Shown piece by piece: positions 36,784-48,240 of a stretch of DNA of 64,000 nt. The notes under the pieces were generated by a model, which was not told the origin of the DNA, did no database searches, and was given only the letters and a program-made list of their open reading frames with translations. The position numbers and the translations under genes are program-made. Numbering within the stretch: the first letter of the stretch is position 1; each line of letters opens with the position of its first letter. The stretch lies in IMG/VR virus record IMGVR_UViG_3300023179_000073, positions 15,622 to 79,621 of that record; one strand, 5' to 3'. This DNA is from a virus.

Positions 36784-39700
36784 TTATACCTCCGCCAAAT
36801 AAACTGTCATGTCTGGACCATTTATTTTTCTTGTATAATCAATATTATATACTACAAACTTAGAATCTGTAGATGTTACTAAATCTATGTTATTGGAATC
36901 TTTATAATTAATATTTACCATATCGCCTAACTGAATTGTTGGAGTTGCAAATATTTTAATACCAATAGATTTTTTAGGTTCCATTAATTTATCAATTAAC
37001 CAACCCATTAAACTTTCTGCATCGTCTTGTGTTTGAATATATGGACTTTCTAAAGTAAATTCATTATTTCCATAAATCATTCTACTTAATTTAATATTAT
37101 CAAACTTTTGTTTTTGTACTAATGTAGATGTAATTAATGAAGATCCAGTTAGTTCAGGATTAGCAAAATTGCTTTTCTTTTTAAAATAATTATCAACAGT
37201 AAGTTCATGTGTTGTGTCTTGTGTAAATGTTATACCTTGAATTTTTAAATAGTTTCCCGTAGTTTCGTCAAGGTTTAATGCTGTATCTGTAGAGTTAAAT
37301 ATTAAAAATTCTGCCCCATAGGAGTCTGCATAAAATCCAGATGTGGTATATGTTTTAATTCTATTAAAAGTTGGAGATAATTGAGCATAAAGAGCGGGGT
37401 ATGCACGATCATATTTTATATCAAAATAAGCACACTCTCTCATAATAGAGCCAAACTCTTCAAAATACATATTGTATTTAGGTGGTTGTTGAGAACTTAT
37501 GCCAGATAGGTAAGTTGATTGAACTACTCCGCTCATTGCATATTTTCTAAATGATTCATTAATGTTTATTACATTATCTCCAAAAAGATTTGTCTTGGTA
37601 TTAAAGGTTCCAGACTCTTCTGTTTGTCCAAAAGTTTTAGGAATTATTTCAGACAATGTTGACACTGTATTTTGTGAATAATTTGCAGACAGGGCATAAA
37701 TGTTTTCAAACATACATCTAGAAGATCCACGAACAAATGGAGCCATGTTGTTGTAGGTTGGAAGTGGATCTGGGTCGTCAACTATTTTAATTAACTTATT
37801 ATTAATATATAAATAAAATCTTCTTATCTTTCCAATATCTTCATACTCTACTGCTAAATCATATACTGTTGGATTTTCTTCTGCAGTAGTTCTATACTGT
37901 CCAGTAAATCTTCCGTCATCAACAATAATTTTTGATAACCCGCCCCAAAGTTTTATTGGAATTGCTTCATTGTTAGATGCATTTTTTTTAATTTTATAAA
38001 ACACAATATTGTTAATAGATATATTAGATTCGCCTTGATTGTTTAAATTTAAATAAGAATTTATATTTTCTTCTGTTAATGCAACAATTTCAAAATAATA
38101 TCCATTGTTTGTTTCTGGATTAAGAAGAACTGCTAAACCTCCAGATCCACCACCAATGGATACTGGTTTGTCTGGTTGTGCTCCAGAAACCTGATAGTAT
38201 GTTGTACTTCCAGTTGGTGTCTGAGTACGGTTTTCATTGTTTTCAATTTTACCAATAATTCTTATTCTTGTTCCAAAATGCCTATATGCATTGTCTAATT
38301 CTTTGTATACATAAGAAACTAGTTTTATTGCTGTTTCTGTTGTTGTAAATGATGGACCACTCATTACTAAAGCAGAAGACTGAATTGTTCCAGACTGAGT
38401 TGATAGTGTGCTGTTGGTTGGAGTTTCTGTTAAATGACTTGATGACATAAAATTCTTTATTGTTCCACCTCTAGATGTTTGCTGTGCTTTGTCATTATTT
38501 TCTCCAGCAACGCCCAAAGTTGTTTCTGGTAATGAAATATCTTCTAGTAAGGCTGTTGTAAATAAATATTGATCTTCCATTTCACAACCTCTTACATAGT
38601 CATTATTTGACCAATAAGGATTAATGACTGCAGTATGCTCTGTAATTGTTGTTCCAAATTGTCCACGACCGTGTTCAGATACCGCTCCATTTTCTAAAAG
38701 AGTTGTACCATCAACTGTTTCAAGTTTTGGAACTGAATATATTCTTATTAAGCCTGTTGGGTATATTTTTCCATTAAAAGGAAGAGATTTAAAATAATTT
38801 TGATATTCTTGATTGCTTGTAATCCAAACATTTCCTACACCAGTAACGTTAAACTGTGCTGCATCATATTTAATAATTTCACCGTTAGAATAAAAATATC
38901 CTTGATATCTTGTAAGCCAATAAACATTTTCTCCTAAGTCTAAAACATTATTTACAACTACACGATTTACAACAGTTGGAGCCACGGCAGGTAAGTCTGA
39001 ATTAAGTGGCATTGCGCCTAAAACATATTTACCTTGTTTTGATGCAACCTCATTTATTGTTTTAGTTGAATCAGTTCCTGAAACTTCCCACAATAAGGCA
39101 GGTTTATAAATCCAAGTTTTTTCTTTATCTATCATACTTGATTGACGAATAGATCCATAAGATCTTTGTATATATCTAGACGTATAGTTTATTTTTCCAT
39201 TATTATAAACTTTTTTATCTTCTGATGCTATAGAAATAATATTAGGAACTGTACCAGATGTTTGATTTTCAATAATTCCATCTTGTGTTTGATTGTTGGA
39301 TCCAGATAAAGTCATATTTATTGTTCTTGATGTTGATAGCATATAGTTTTTGCTCATTACAATAAAATTATTATATTCATCAAAAAACATTGCACTTTGT
39401 GTTGCTACTGCTAATTGATTTAAAACTTCTGCAACAGTTTGGTCTGGAGCAATAAAGAAAAACGGAATAATTGGTTCTGATTCATCGGTTTCTCTATAAA
39501 ATGCATAATTGCTAAAACCAATATAATCAAGCAATAAACTAATTGCGTAACTAAGTGATACCTCTGTTACCAGCATTCTTGGTGCTGGATTTGATTCTAA
39601 GAAAAAATAAAAATCTCTTAATTGAAGTTGCAATGATCCAGCAGTAACATCTGCTTGTGGAAAACCATCTGAGTATAAAGTTTTAATAGGAACCCAATAG

Positions 39701-41145
39701 TCAAACCTTTCTACATTCAGTATTTTTTCATAGAAATTAAATTTAATGTTTTTGCGAATGTAGTCTTTTACGATGCTTGAAGAGTTATTATCATTAAAGG
39801 CTTGATCATCATCAAACAAAGATAGCGAGCCAGTTGATGCAAGCAATTGACCTACTGGCAAGGCAGAACTGCCAAGGTCTGAAAGAATCTTTTTAACATT
39901 GTATTCAACAACCTTGTCTGATATATCTACCACTAGCCTTGGAGACATTTCAATTAAATCAAAGGTAGAATCAAACTTATTCATTCTTTCTACCGCCACT
40001 CTTATGCCACGGATATTTTGAAACTCTCTGTATACCGTGCTGCCATTAGTTCCTTCTTTAAAATATGCGGGATTAGTTAAATCTTTTACAAAAGTTGTTT
40101 TATTATTTATTTCTTCATTGCCAAGTATCCAGCCATATGAAGGGGTAAAGGTTTCATATTCATTTGTTGTCCCATTCCAAATACTAAATTCTCCAACTTC
40201 TTCATCATTTTCAACAACTAAATAAGAATAGCCATTTATTGATTCTTCTGGTAGTAAAGTTGTTGAAGAAAGTGTTTCTACAAAAATAAAACTGTCTTTA
40301 AATTTATCTGGTATATTTGTTATTCCATATTGTAATTCAACATATCCATCATGCTTAACGATTTGTGTTCCATCTTCACGTAAATCATTTTCATTAAATA
40401 CATAGGCATCTGTCCAGTTATTTCCATCTAAATATTGAATTCTCCATCTTGTTGGAGTTGTTCTATTGCTATTTCCAAAAAATGGATCTGCAAATGTGGT
40501 TGTAAGGTTTGTAAAAGTACCAAGATCAATGTCTCCCACGTTTGTTTGCATTTTAACTACAATCCTATTTGCTGGTACATTTTGTTTATAAACCACAAAA
40601 GGAACTGCATCGTCTATATAGTAATTTCCATTAACAGTTATATTTGCAATACCTCTTTCAGTACCATTTTCTGTTCTATAAGATGTAAAATATTTAAATT
40701 GATCATATCTTGAAGCCATGTAATATCTTGGTCTTCTTGCAAGTTCTCTACCAGAGTTGGATAAAAACTTACCTTTAAATGCTGTTGCTTTGTTAATTCC
40801 TGATCTTGGTCTAAATGGTTTGACGCAATCCTCAAGAGAATATAATAATTTTAGTTTTTCTTTAGTAGATGTAAAGGTTTGTGGCGTTCCATCATTTTCA
40901 AACCCTCCATCAATAACAACATCTGCATCCGTTGCTCCTGTATAAAATAGACCAGTATCTGCTGGGTCAAATGTATTTAATAATGTTAAGAATTGAGAGT
41001 TTTGTTCTTGTGATCTGTATCTATAGTTGCCAAGTTTAAATATATTATCTGGCATATTCATATTCCACTCAGCAAGAACTAGTGACTGAGTTTGTATTGT
41101 TCCAGATGTTTCAAAGTGGTTTTTTAATTCGGTACTTTCAAACAT
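36784..41145 (-). CDS. Large minor tail (hub / central fibre) protein
   Basis: 1453 aa, two genes after the tape measure; hub-like C-terminus ESPYIQT...PTIQLGDMV. Confidence 0.8.
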   Translation of the reverse strand: MFESTELKNHFETSGTIQTQSLVLAEWNMNMPDNIFKLGNYRYRSQEQNSQFLTLLNTFDPADTGLFYTGATDADVVIDGGFENDGTPQTFTSTKEKLKLLYSLEDCVKPFRPRSGINKATAFKGKFLSNSGRELARRPRYYMASRYDQFKYFTSYRTENGTERGIANITVNGNYYIDDAVPFVVYKQNVPANRIVVKMQTNVGDIDLGTFTNLTTTFADPFFGNSNRTTPTRWRIQYLDGNNWTDAYVFNENDLREDGTQIVKHDGYVELQYGITNIPDKFKDSFIFVETLSSTTLLPEESINGYSYLVVENDEEVGEFSIWNGTTNEYETFTPSYGWILGNEEINNKTTFVKDLTNPAYFKEGTNGSTVYREFQNIRGIRVAVERMNKFDSTFDLIEMSPRLVVDISDKVVEYNVKKILSDLGSSALPVGQLLASTGSLSLFDDDQAFNDNNSSSIVKDYIRKNIKFNFYEKILNVERFDYWVPIKTLYSDGFPQADVTAGSLQLQLRDFYFFLESNPAPRMLVTEVSLSYAISLLLDYIGFSNYAFYRETDESEPIIPFFFIAPDQTVAEVLNQLAVATQSAMFFDEYNNFIVMSKNYMLSTSRTINMTLSGSNNQTQDGIIENQTSGTVPNIISIASEDKKVYNNGKINYTSRYIQRSYGSIRQSSMIDKEKTWIYKPALLWEVSGTDSTKTINEVASKQGKYVLGAMPLNSDLPAVAPTVVNRVVVNNVLDLGENVYWLTRYQGYFYSNGEIIKYDAAQFNVTGVGNVWITSNQEYQNYFKSLPFNGKIYPTGLIRIYSVPKLETVDGTTLLENGAVSEHGRGQFGTTITEHTAVINPYWSNNDYVRGCEMEDQYLFTTALLEDISLPETTLGVAGENNDKAQQTSRGGTIKNFMSSSHLTETPTNSTLSTQSGTIQSSALVMSGPSFTTTETAIKLVSYVYKELDNAYRHFGTRIRIIGKIENNENRTQTPTGSTTYYQVSGAQPDKPVSIGGGSGGLAVLLNPETNNGYYFEIVALTEENINSYLNLNNQGESNISINNIVFYKIKKNASNNEAIPIKLWGGLSKIIVDDGRFTGQYRTTAEENPTVYDLAVEYEDIGKIRRFYLYINNKLIKIVDDPDPLPTYNNMAPFVRGSSRCMFENIYALSANYSQNTVSTLSEIIPKTFGQTEESGTFNTKTNLFGDNVININESFRKYAMSGVVQSTYLSGISSQQPPKYNMYFEEFGSIMRECAYFDIKYDRAYPALYAQLSPTFNRIKTYTTSGFYADSYGAEFLIFNSTDTALNLDETTGNYLKIQGITFTQDTTHELTVDNYFKKKSNFANPELTGSSLITSTLVQKQKFDNIKLSRMIYGNNEFTLESPYIQTQDDAESLMGWLIDKLMEPKKSIGIKIFATPTIQLGDMVNINYKDSNNIDLVTSTDSKFVVYNIDYTRKINGPDMTVYLAEV

Positions 41146-41781
41146 TTAGACTTCTTCCAGTGTTACCGATATATTCCAAAGGTCATGATTTGTTCCACCA
41201 CGTTTTACGACGGAATAACTAAAGTCTGCAAAATATACTTGAATAATTTGATTATATCTATTTAAAGCATTATACTGATAATTCTGTCCTTCAAAATTTG
41301 TATATTTATCATAAGCCAAATACATCCAGAAGGGGCCTTGATGGTTTTCATACCAGTCAAGTAGTTCTACGCCACCTGCACCACCATCTGCCGTATATTC
41401 ATCTGTTGTTCTTATATCTGGTGATAGTCCTGTTGTTTCATTATATTCCGCCAAACCTGCGTACCCTCTTGATGGAAGCATGTTCCAGGATACTGACATG
41501 CTTAACTTATCTGCAATGTGATATGAGCGCATACGACCATTAATAGTTCTTTGACGTTGCTCAATTCGCTGGGTATTGAATTGCATATCCCCTCTATTAT
41601 GATCAGATAAAATAATAAATTGATCTAATAGGTCTGGATCTGTTTCTGCTGTATCTGCTCCAACCTCAATGCCAGTAGGCACGTAGAAACCATTGCTAAG
41701 CGTTCCAGCATTGTTTGCCCACAAAATTCCTTGTGGCCTACTAAATCTACGTCGTCCAGTTAAATATGCGCTGGTAGCCAT
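41146..41781 (-). CDS. Distal tail-like protein
   Basis: Directly after the tape measure; RTINGRMR..K, WNISVTLEEV. Confidence 0.7.
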   Translation of the reverse strand: MATSAYLTGRRRFSRPQGILWANNAGTLSNGFYVPTGIEVGADTAETDPDLLDQFIILSDHNRGDMQFNTQRIEQRQRTINGRMRSYHIADKLSMSVSWNMLPSRGYAGLAEYNETTGLSPDIRTTDEYTADGGAGGVELLDWYENHQGPFWMYLAYDKYTNFEGQNYQYNALNRYNQIIQVYFADFSYSVVKRGGTNHDLWNISVTLEEV

Positions 41782-44700
41782 TATTGTCTTTGTCCTCTAA
41801 TTCTTTGAGCATCAACATTTTTAACTTCTCTCATAACTGCCCGTGCAATTTCGTTAGCATTTGCAGTATTTCCATTAATGTTAAAGCCTAGATTATAATT
41901 ATACACTGCCGTTGAATTATCATTCATAGATGTAGAAATATTGTTTATTGGAACTACCGTCGTTCCACCCATACCATTAAGCATTGATGGATATTTAGAA
42001 TCATTAATGGTTTTGAGCATTGGACCAAAGCGTTGTGCTGCTGCTTTATTTACAACAAATTCTCCAGGAGTAAGCATTGCTGGGATGGTATCTGCACCAA
42101 CTGCTTTTCCTCCAAATGCCATATATTTTGTAATTCGTCCACCAAGATTTTTACCAGTTATTGAGTTTATTTTTGTAATTGTACTAGCAATCTTTGCATT
42201 TAAATCTTTAATTCCTTGAAGAACTGTTGCTCTTTGTGCATCTGTAATTGTTTGTGGAGTTATTGTTGGATTTGGTCCTGATGCCCCTGCTTTAATTTCT
42301 GCAAATGTGGTTGCGCCAGATCCTAATTGTTGTTGTGCTTTAAGCGCTCTTTCCAAGGCTGCTGCAAGTGAGTTGGCATTTCCTGCTTGACTTAAAAGAA
42401 CGGCATCAAATTTAATTCCTGCTGCTTCTGCTGCTGCAATTAATGAATCAAGATTATCCATTTCTTCTTTTGTACCTTTGGCATAACCATATCCTTCTTT
42501 TGTAACTCTTACTTGTTCATTAAGTGCTGTTATATTTGAATTAATTGAAGCAATTGTATCTTCAATTGTTTGTTTTTGTGATTGTAAGGTTTTTAATTGT
42601 GTTGCTTCAATAATATTAATTTGAAGTTGAAGTTCTTTATTTTGTTTTTCAATTGCATTTCTTCCAAGTGCTGCAATGGCTGCATCACGAGTAGCCGTTA
42701 GCGCTTCTTTTTGTCCAGTTACCGCTGATTGCGCTTGCTCTGCTCTTGCATCTTGCATTAACTGTGCTGCTGAAGAAATATCTCCACGAGTTAAAGCATC
42801 TGCAATTGACAATCTTTGTCTTTGAATATTTGCAATATCTTGATTGACTGATGCAATTTTTTCTAATGCATCTATTTGTTTATTATATTTTTCATTAACA
42901 GCATCTTCCTGTAATGCTATTTTTTCAAGAGCAAGATTGTTACTATCAATAACTGCTTGAATAGGTTCAATTTGTGATCTTGTAACTTTTTCAATTTGTG
43001 CATTAATATCTGCTAATTTTCTTTCTTGAGCAGCCAAAGCATCATTTTCTTTTTTAATTTGTGGTGCAAACTGCATATCAATAAGTTTTTCACGAAGTGC
43101 TGCCTGAGCCTGTGCTCTCTCTAATTGTGCTTTAAATAGATTTGGTCCAGACATGTACTGGAACTCTGCTTTTGTTTGATCAGCCAATGCCTTTTTATAT
43201 TTATTTACTAATTCAATAATTTGTTTTAATGATTTACCGTTACTATTTTTAACAATTAATGATGCTATTTCTGCATCATTAGATAACTCTGTTGCAGTTG
43301 CTTCATCAATTTTTGCTTTACGTAAAATCTTAAATGCGTTTGTTTGATTTTGAATACCTTTAATTCTTTCTTCTAAGGCATTTGGTTTTCCTGGTGCATT
43401 TGGTCCATCTGGATTATTTGGATCTAAAAGACCAGTTGTTTTATTAATTTTTTTAAGTGCTTCTCCATAAATTTTGTCTATTTGTTTCCAAGATTCTGCA
43501 AGAACCTGAAGATCTGTTGATTGAAGTCCTTTTATAACTGGACTATCTTTATCTAAAAGCCCAAGGTTTAATAAAGCAATAACTTTCATCTTTGAAGCAA
43601 CATTACCTAATACTGGTACTAATTTTGATCCTTCTATTCCCATTGCTTTAAATGTTTCTAGTAATGCAATTTTTTCTGCTTCTTTTCCAAGACGGCTATA
43701 TCCATCTAAAACTAAATTAAGACTATTTTTAAATTGCTCTTCATCAATAAGTTTAAGCCTAAATTGTCCAGCAGCAGAACTCATAATAGTATTATTAAAT
43801 GTTACAAGTTCTGATATTGCTTTTTTGGCATCGTTAGTTTGAGTTGTATATGTTCTAACTCCAGCCTTACCTCCACCAATAGTAACTGTTCTTGTTAAAC
43901 CTTTGTCTATTTGTTTTTGAAAGTTTACAAGTAATGGAATTATTTGATTTTGTAAATCTTTAATAGAATCTGCTGAAAAATTTAATGATTTAACATCTAG
44001 TTTTACGCTAGTCTTTCCAGCCTCTTCACGAAGGGCATCAATAATTGTTTGTATTTGTTCATTAGCAAATCCTCTTGCCCTAAGATCAATAGCAATAGAT
44101 GTAAATGCAAGTCTTGCTTGTTCTGCTGTAGATTTAGATAATGTCTTAATTGTTGATCCATATTCTTTTTTAAATCCTTCACTCTCTCTTAATCTATCCC
44201 TTGCACTTCTTGTTGGTTGATTAACAATTTCTCTATTTTTCATTTCTATAGGAAGTTTTGATGGAATAATATTAAAGAAATCTCCAAGTGTTTTAACTTG
44301 TCCAGTTGTTGTTTTCATGGCATTTGATAAGCCATATATTGCTTCTTGTTCTTTTGCTCTAGCATTATTTACTAATTTAATAATTCCTATTCCTGCGAGT
44401 AATGCTACAGATGCAAGTCCAAACCCAACCTTAAATCTAGATATAAGTTTAATTATTTTTTCTCCAGTAAGTAGTTGTATTACTGATGATAAAGCAAATA
44501 ATGGGCCACTTATTTGAAATAATATTTCAGAAAACTTTCCTAGGTTACCTCCAGCCATTGAGGCCACACCTGATAAAGCAGATAAAGCAAATGTACCAGA
44601 CATAAATGCTTTATTTAATGTATTCATTCTTGCATTCATTGCTGCTGTTCGTCTTTGTTGTTGTGTTGCAAGAAGTTGTTCTCTGTTACGTCTTGCATTT

Positions 44701-47700
44701 TCTGTTATTACTGATAGCGGAACTCCTGGTGTTCTAGGTGTACCGCCACCAGTTCCAGCAGCACCTCCTGGTATAAATAATCCAGATGGTGTTTGAACCA
44801 TCCCTGCTCCAAGTTTGCTTCCTACTGCCTTAGCATCATCAATATATCCTTCTGCACCAACAATAAATCCTTGAGCAATACTTGCTCCAACCATCTCTGT
44901 TTCTCTTGATGGAGATGCAACTTGTGCTTCTTTTGCTGCTCCTACTGCAATCTTTTTTGTTACCGCTTGTGTTACTTTTGCACCAACATTTCCAAGATAT
45001 GGAGTCATTTGTTTTGTTAAATCTTCAACGCTTGCTGTTACAGAATTTGTAATGTGGGACATTGTTGCAACTTCCCAATTATTTAACATTGGGTTAAGTG
45101 TTTGGAAAGATTTTACAGTTTTTCCTCTACTTTGTGAAAAACGTTCTGTTCTTCTAAATGCTTCTGGATTTTCTCCCATAGCAAAAGTTTGTGCTGCTGA
45201 TCTTGCACCTCTATATGATCCTGCAAAAGTAGTTCTTCCAATTCCGCCCATAGATCCAGAGCCAACACCAACTGGTCCAACAGTTCTAATTTGATTGATA
45301 GCATTTTCAAGTGCAACATCAATATCTTTACCAGCAATTTGTATTCCTTTTGCTGCATCACGAAGTGCTGGAACAATTATTTCTTCAAGGTCTGCATCTT
45401 TAATAAATTCTCTTCCAGATTGATTTAAAGCATCTGTTGCTGTTTTTGCAAAAAGATCTGCTACTGTAGCAAACTCTGTCCTAAACTTAGGGTTATTAAT
45501 TCCAATCTTAATATCTCTTGCGATAACTGCAAGTAGTGGTGCCATAATTCCTCCACCTGCACCACCCATATATTGTGTAACAGAAGAAGTTGCAACTCCT
45601 TTTCCACCAAGTTGACCCATAAGTGTATTAATTGATTCTGGTAAAAACATTGTTGCATTTCTAAAACCCTTACCCATTTGATATCCAGGAATATTATCTG
45701 CAATCATTCCTTGAATTAATGGAGCATATTTCTTTGCCATTGCCGTTGGAATAACCGCTTCTCCTGGAGATAGCATTGCTGGCACTACATCCCCTGCTCC
45801 TTTTGGTCCAGGAACTGAAACAATACCACTTGCCAATCTTCTAGCACCTCTACCTGGTAACATCATTCCAGGATTATTCATTGCAAAGTTTCTTGATGCC
45901 CCTGCTGCAGAATTATATGCTGCTATAAGTTTGTTAATTGCAGTCGCTTCAGCAGTAAATGTTTGTGTTAAATTTGCGTGTGTTTGGTTAAGAGAGTGTG
46001 CTGCTGCTGCTGCATCAACTTGCTCCATCGTCATATACTGGGTTTGTTCTCCTAGTATTTGTGATTGACCAGTTAATCTTTGATACCCGCCACGTAATGT
46101 TAAAAATAATTTAATAATATTTGCAATACCGTTTGCAAGCAAACCAAATGTCATAAGCAATACAGGTCCAACTGCACCAATACCTACTGTTAATAGTGTA
46201 ATTAATTTTTTAGTTCCATCTGAAAGGTTAGAGAATTTTTCAAGTATTCCACCAACAAAATCAATAATTGGAGTAACTGCCTGCAAAAATGCTTCTCCAA
46301 CTGGAATTAAGGCTACCTTAAGATCTTCAACACTCTTTTTAAATTTGTTCATAGAAGACTCTGCAGTCATTCCTAATTCTTTTTCAGATAAAGCAGAAAG
46401 TTCTTCTACTGAAGAGTTTGCTAAATCAAGAACACGAGCAGCCTGATTTCCATCTTTTGCTACGTTAGCAAATAAGGTTGATAGACGTGCAAATTGGAAT
46501 TTACCAAACATTTGCTCAATTGCTCTTGCTCTTGCCAATGGATCTAATTGATTTAATGCTTGAGCAAATCCAAGTACAGTTGCCTTTAAATCTCCTTTAT
46601 TTTTTTCAACAATTGCAGTTGCATTAATTCCATAAGAAGCAAGCATATCTGATGCTTTTTTAGTTGGATTAATTAATGCTGCAAGACCAGACTTAAGTGC
46701 GTTAGCACCTTCTGACGCATTAATTCCACCCTCTTTCATTGCTGCTAAAAAGAATGCTAGATCTTTTACATCTCCGCCAAGTTGTTGGATTACTGGTGCA
46801 ACTTTTGGAATTGCAGTAGTAATATCATCAAGAGATACTACTGTTTGGTTTTCTACTGCGTTTAAAAAATTAATAGAATCTGCAAGTGATTCAGATGACA
46901 TACCAAAAGCATTTTGTAATGAAATAGTTGTTTCAAGCGCTTTTTGACTATCAACCTGACCAAGAATAGAAAGACGTGTTGCTTCTGTCGTTTGGCGTTG
47001 AAGATCTAAACCTTGAAAACCTGCTGCTGCAGCATCTGCTGCTAAGCCAACTGTTGTAGAAACTGCTACACCATATTTTGTAAATTGTTTTCCAAGTTCT
47101 GTAATATTATCTAAGGCTTGCTGAGTTTCTTCTTGTGGTGTAAATAAATCTCCATAAACCTTTTTAAATCTAATTGCTTGGGCTTCCATTTCCATAAAAG
47201 TTCTAGTTGCTGCAGTTCCAACAGCCATTAATGGAAGGGTAAAACCAACCATCAACTGACGACCAGCCCATTGAGTATTCTTACCAAAGTTTAAAAGATT
47301 GGTAGAGCCTTGTCTCATTAATTGATTAAATAGTGCCTGTTTTTGTGCTGCTAATTGAAGACTTGTTTGATAGTCTTTTAGATTCAGTTCTGTTGGCATT
47401 ACGGCAATTGCTCTCATTGCCCCGTTTGTATCACGACCCATCTTAATAAACTGGGTTTGTAATCTTTTTACACGCTCTTCTGCTACCTTGCCAATTGTGT
47501 CATACTCAGATTTAAATAATTTTCCAAATGTTTTTGTAGATGCTCCCGCATAGCGGAAGTACTCACGCATTGAAAATTTATTTTTTTCTAATGAATCAGT
47601 AAATGATTCTGCAGATGTTTTAACTGTACGCATTTCGGCAGTAAATGCACCGATAGCGTTTATACTATTTAAAAGATTTTTTTGTAAACCCTTTTGAGCA

Positions 47701-47831
47701 AGGGCTGCTGCTTCACTTGATCTGGCTATTGAGGTGTGAAACTGAGATATCTGACGTTGTAATGATTTTAGTTGTGCTAATGCATTAGACGAATCAATAT
47801 TAATGTCAATATTAGCATTAACATCAGCCAT
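41781..47831 (-). CDS. Tape measure protein
   Basis: 2016 aa, Ala/Gln-rich helical; TP901-type core; hydrophobic segments; two DxxPAMLxPGE motifs. Confidence 0.95.
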   Translation of the reverse strand: MADVNANIDINIDSSNALAQLKSLQRQISQFHTSIARSSEAAALAQKGLQKNLLNSINAIGAFTAEMRTVKTSAESFTDSLEKNKFSMREYFRYAGASTKTFGKLFKSEYDTIGKVAEERVKRLQTQFIKMGRDTNGAMRAIAVMPTELNLKDYQTSLQLAAQKQALFNQLMRQGSTNLLNFGKNTQWAGRQLMVGFTLPLMAVGTAATRTFMEMEAQAIRFKKVYGDLFTPQEETQQALDNITELGKQFTKYGVAVSTTVGLAADAAAAGFQGLDLQRQTTEATRLSILGQVDSQKALETTISLQNAFGMSSESLADSINFLNAVENQTVVSLDDITTAIPKVAPVIQQLGGDVKDLAFFLAAMKEGGINASEGANALKSGLAALINPTKKASDMLASYGINATAIVEKNKGDLKATVLGFAQALNQLDPLARARAIEQMFGKFQFARLSTLFANVAKDGNQAARVLDLANSSVEELSALSEKELGMTAESSMNKFKKSVEDLKVALIPVGEAFLQAVTPIIDFVGGILEKFSNLSDGTKKLITLLTVGIGAVGPVLLMTFGLLANGIANIIKLFLTLRGGYQRLTGQSQILGEQTQYMTMEQVDAAAAAHSLNQTHANLTQTFTAEATAINKLIAAYNSAAGASRNFAMNNPGMMLPGRGARRLASGIVSVPGPKGAGDVVPAMLSPGEAVIPTAMAKKYAPLIQGMIADNIPGYQMGKGFRNATMFLPESINTLMGQLGGKGVATSSVTQYMGGAGGGIMAPLLAVIARDIKIGINNPKFRTEFATVADLFAKTATDALNQSGREFIKDADLEEIIVPALRDAAKGIQIAGKDIDVALENAINQIRTVGPVGVGSGSMGGIGRTTFAGSYRGARSAAQTFAMGENPEAFRRTERFSQSRGKTVKSFQTLNPMLNNWEVATMSHITNSVTASVEDLTKQMTPYLGNVGAKVTQAVTKKIAVGAAKEAQVASPSRETEMVGASIAQGFIVGAEGYIDDAKAVGSKLGAGMVQTPSGLFIPGGAAGTGGGTPRTPGVPLSVITENARRNREQLLATQQQRRTAAMNARMNTLNKAFMSGTFALSALSGVASMAGGNLGKFSEILFQISGPLFALSSVIQLLTGEKIIKLISRFKVGFGLASVALLAGIGIIKLVNNARAKEQEAIYGLSNAMKTTTGQVKTLGDFFNIIPSKLPIEMKNREIVNQPTRSARDRLRESEGFKKEYGSTIKTLSKSTAEQARLAFTSIAIDLRARGFANEQIQTIIDALREEAGKTSVKLDVKSLNFSADSIKDLQNQIIPLLVNFQKQIDKGLTRTVTIGGGKAGVRTYTTQTNDAKKAISELVTFNNTIMSSAAGQFRLKLIDEEQFKNSLNLVLDGYSRLGKEAEKIALLETFKAMGIEGSKLVPVLGNVASKMKVIALLNLGLLDKDSPVIKGLQSTDLQVLAESWKQIDKIYGEALKKINKTTGLLDPNNPDGPNAPGKPNALEERIKGIQNQTNAFKILRKAKIDEATATELSNDAEIASLIVKNSNGKSLKQIIELVNKYKKALADQTKAEFQYMSGPNLFKAQLERAQAQAALREKLIDMQFAPQIKKENDALAAQERKLADINAQIEKVTRSQIEPIQAVIDSNNLALEKIALQEDAVNEKYNKQIDALEKIASVNQDIANIQRQRLSIADALTRGDISSAAQLMQDARAEQAQSAVTGQKEALTATRDAAIAALGRNAIEKQNKELQLQINIIEATQLKTLQSQKQTIEDTIASINSNITALNEQVRVTKEGYGYAKGTKEEMDNLDSLIAAAEAAGIKFDAVLLSQAGNANSLAAALERALKAQQQLGSGATTFAEIKAGASGPNPTITPQTITDAQRATVLQGIKDLNAKIASTITKINSITGKNLGGRITKYMAFGGKAVGADTIPAMLTPGEFVVNKAAAQRFGPMLKTINDSKYPSMLNGMGGTTVVPINNISTSMNDNSTAVYNYNLGFNINGNTANANEIARAVMREVKNVDAQRIRGQRQ

Positions 47832-47853
47832 TTAGTTTCACACCTCTTTTAAA

Positions 47854-48183
47854 TTATTCAGCCATAGTTACGCCAAGAACGTCTGAAACTTCAGCAAGTT
47901 TAATACCTGATGCTGCTTCTACGATCTTGTAAACAGTTGGGAGATCAATATTCTCCTCTAGTTTTTTTACGTCTTCAGAGAGTTCTGGCTTGTACTGCTT
48001 CATTGCAATCTGTACACACTCCATGAGAATGTCCATAGATTTTGCATTATCTTCCGCCACTGCTCCCACACCCTCAAACTTCTTCATGAATGGACGAAGT
48101 AGAGAGATTTTTAGAGGACGTACTGTAACTTTTGTGCCATCAATTAGCGTAAGGGTTTGTTCCTCATACGTAGTTGTTGCCAT
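47854..48183 (-). CDS. Tail assembly chaperone, short form (G-like)
   Basis: Upstream of the TMP; paralog of the N-half of 48241..48936; SD AGGAGG and promoter TGCTATAAT at 48208-48216. Confidence 0.8.
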   Translation of the reverse strand: MATTTYEEQTLTLIDGTKVTVRPLKISLLRPFMKKFEGVGAVAEDNAKSMDILMECVQIAMKQYKPELSEDVKKLEENIDLPTVYKIVEAASGIKLAEVSDVLGVTMAE

Positions 48184-48240
48184 TATTTCCTCCTATAGGT
48201 TATGTCAATTATAGCATGGTGATGCTTATTTTTTATTATT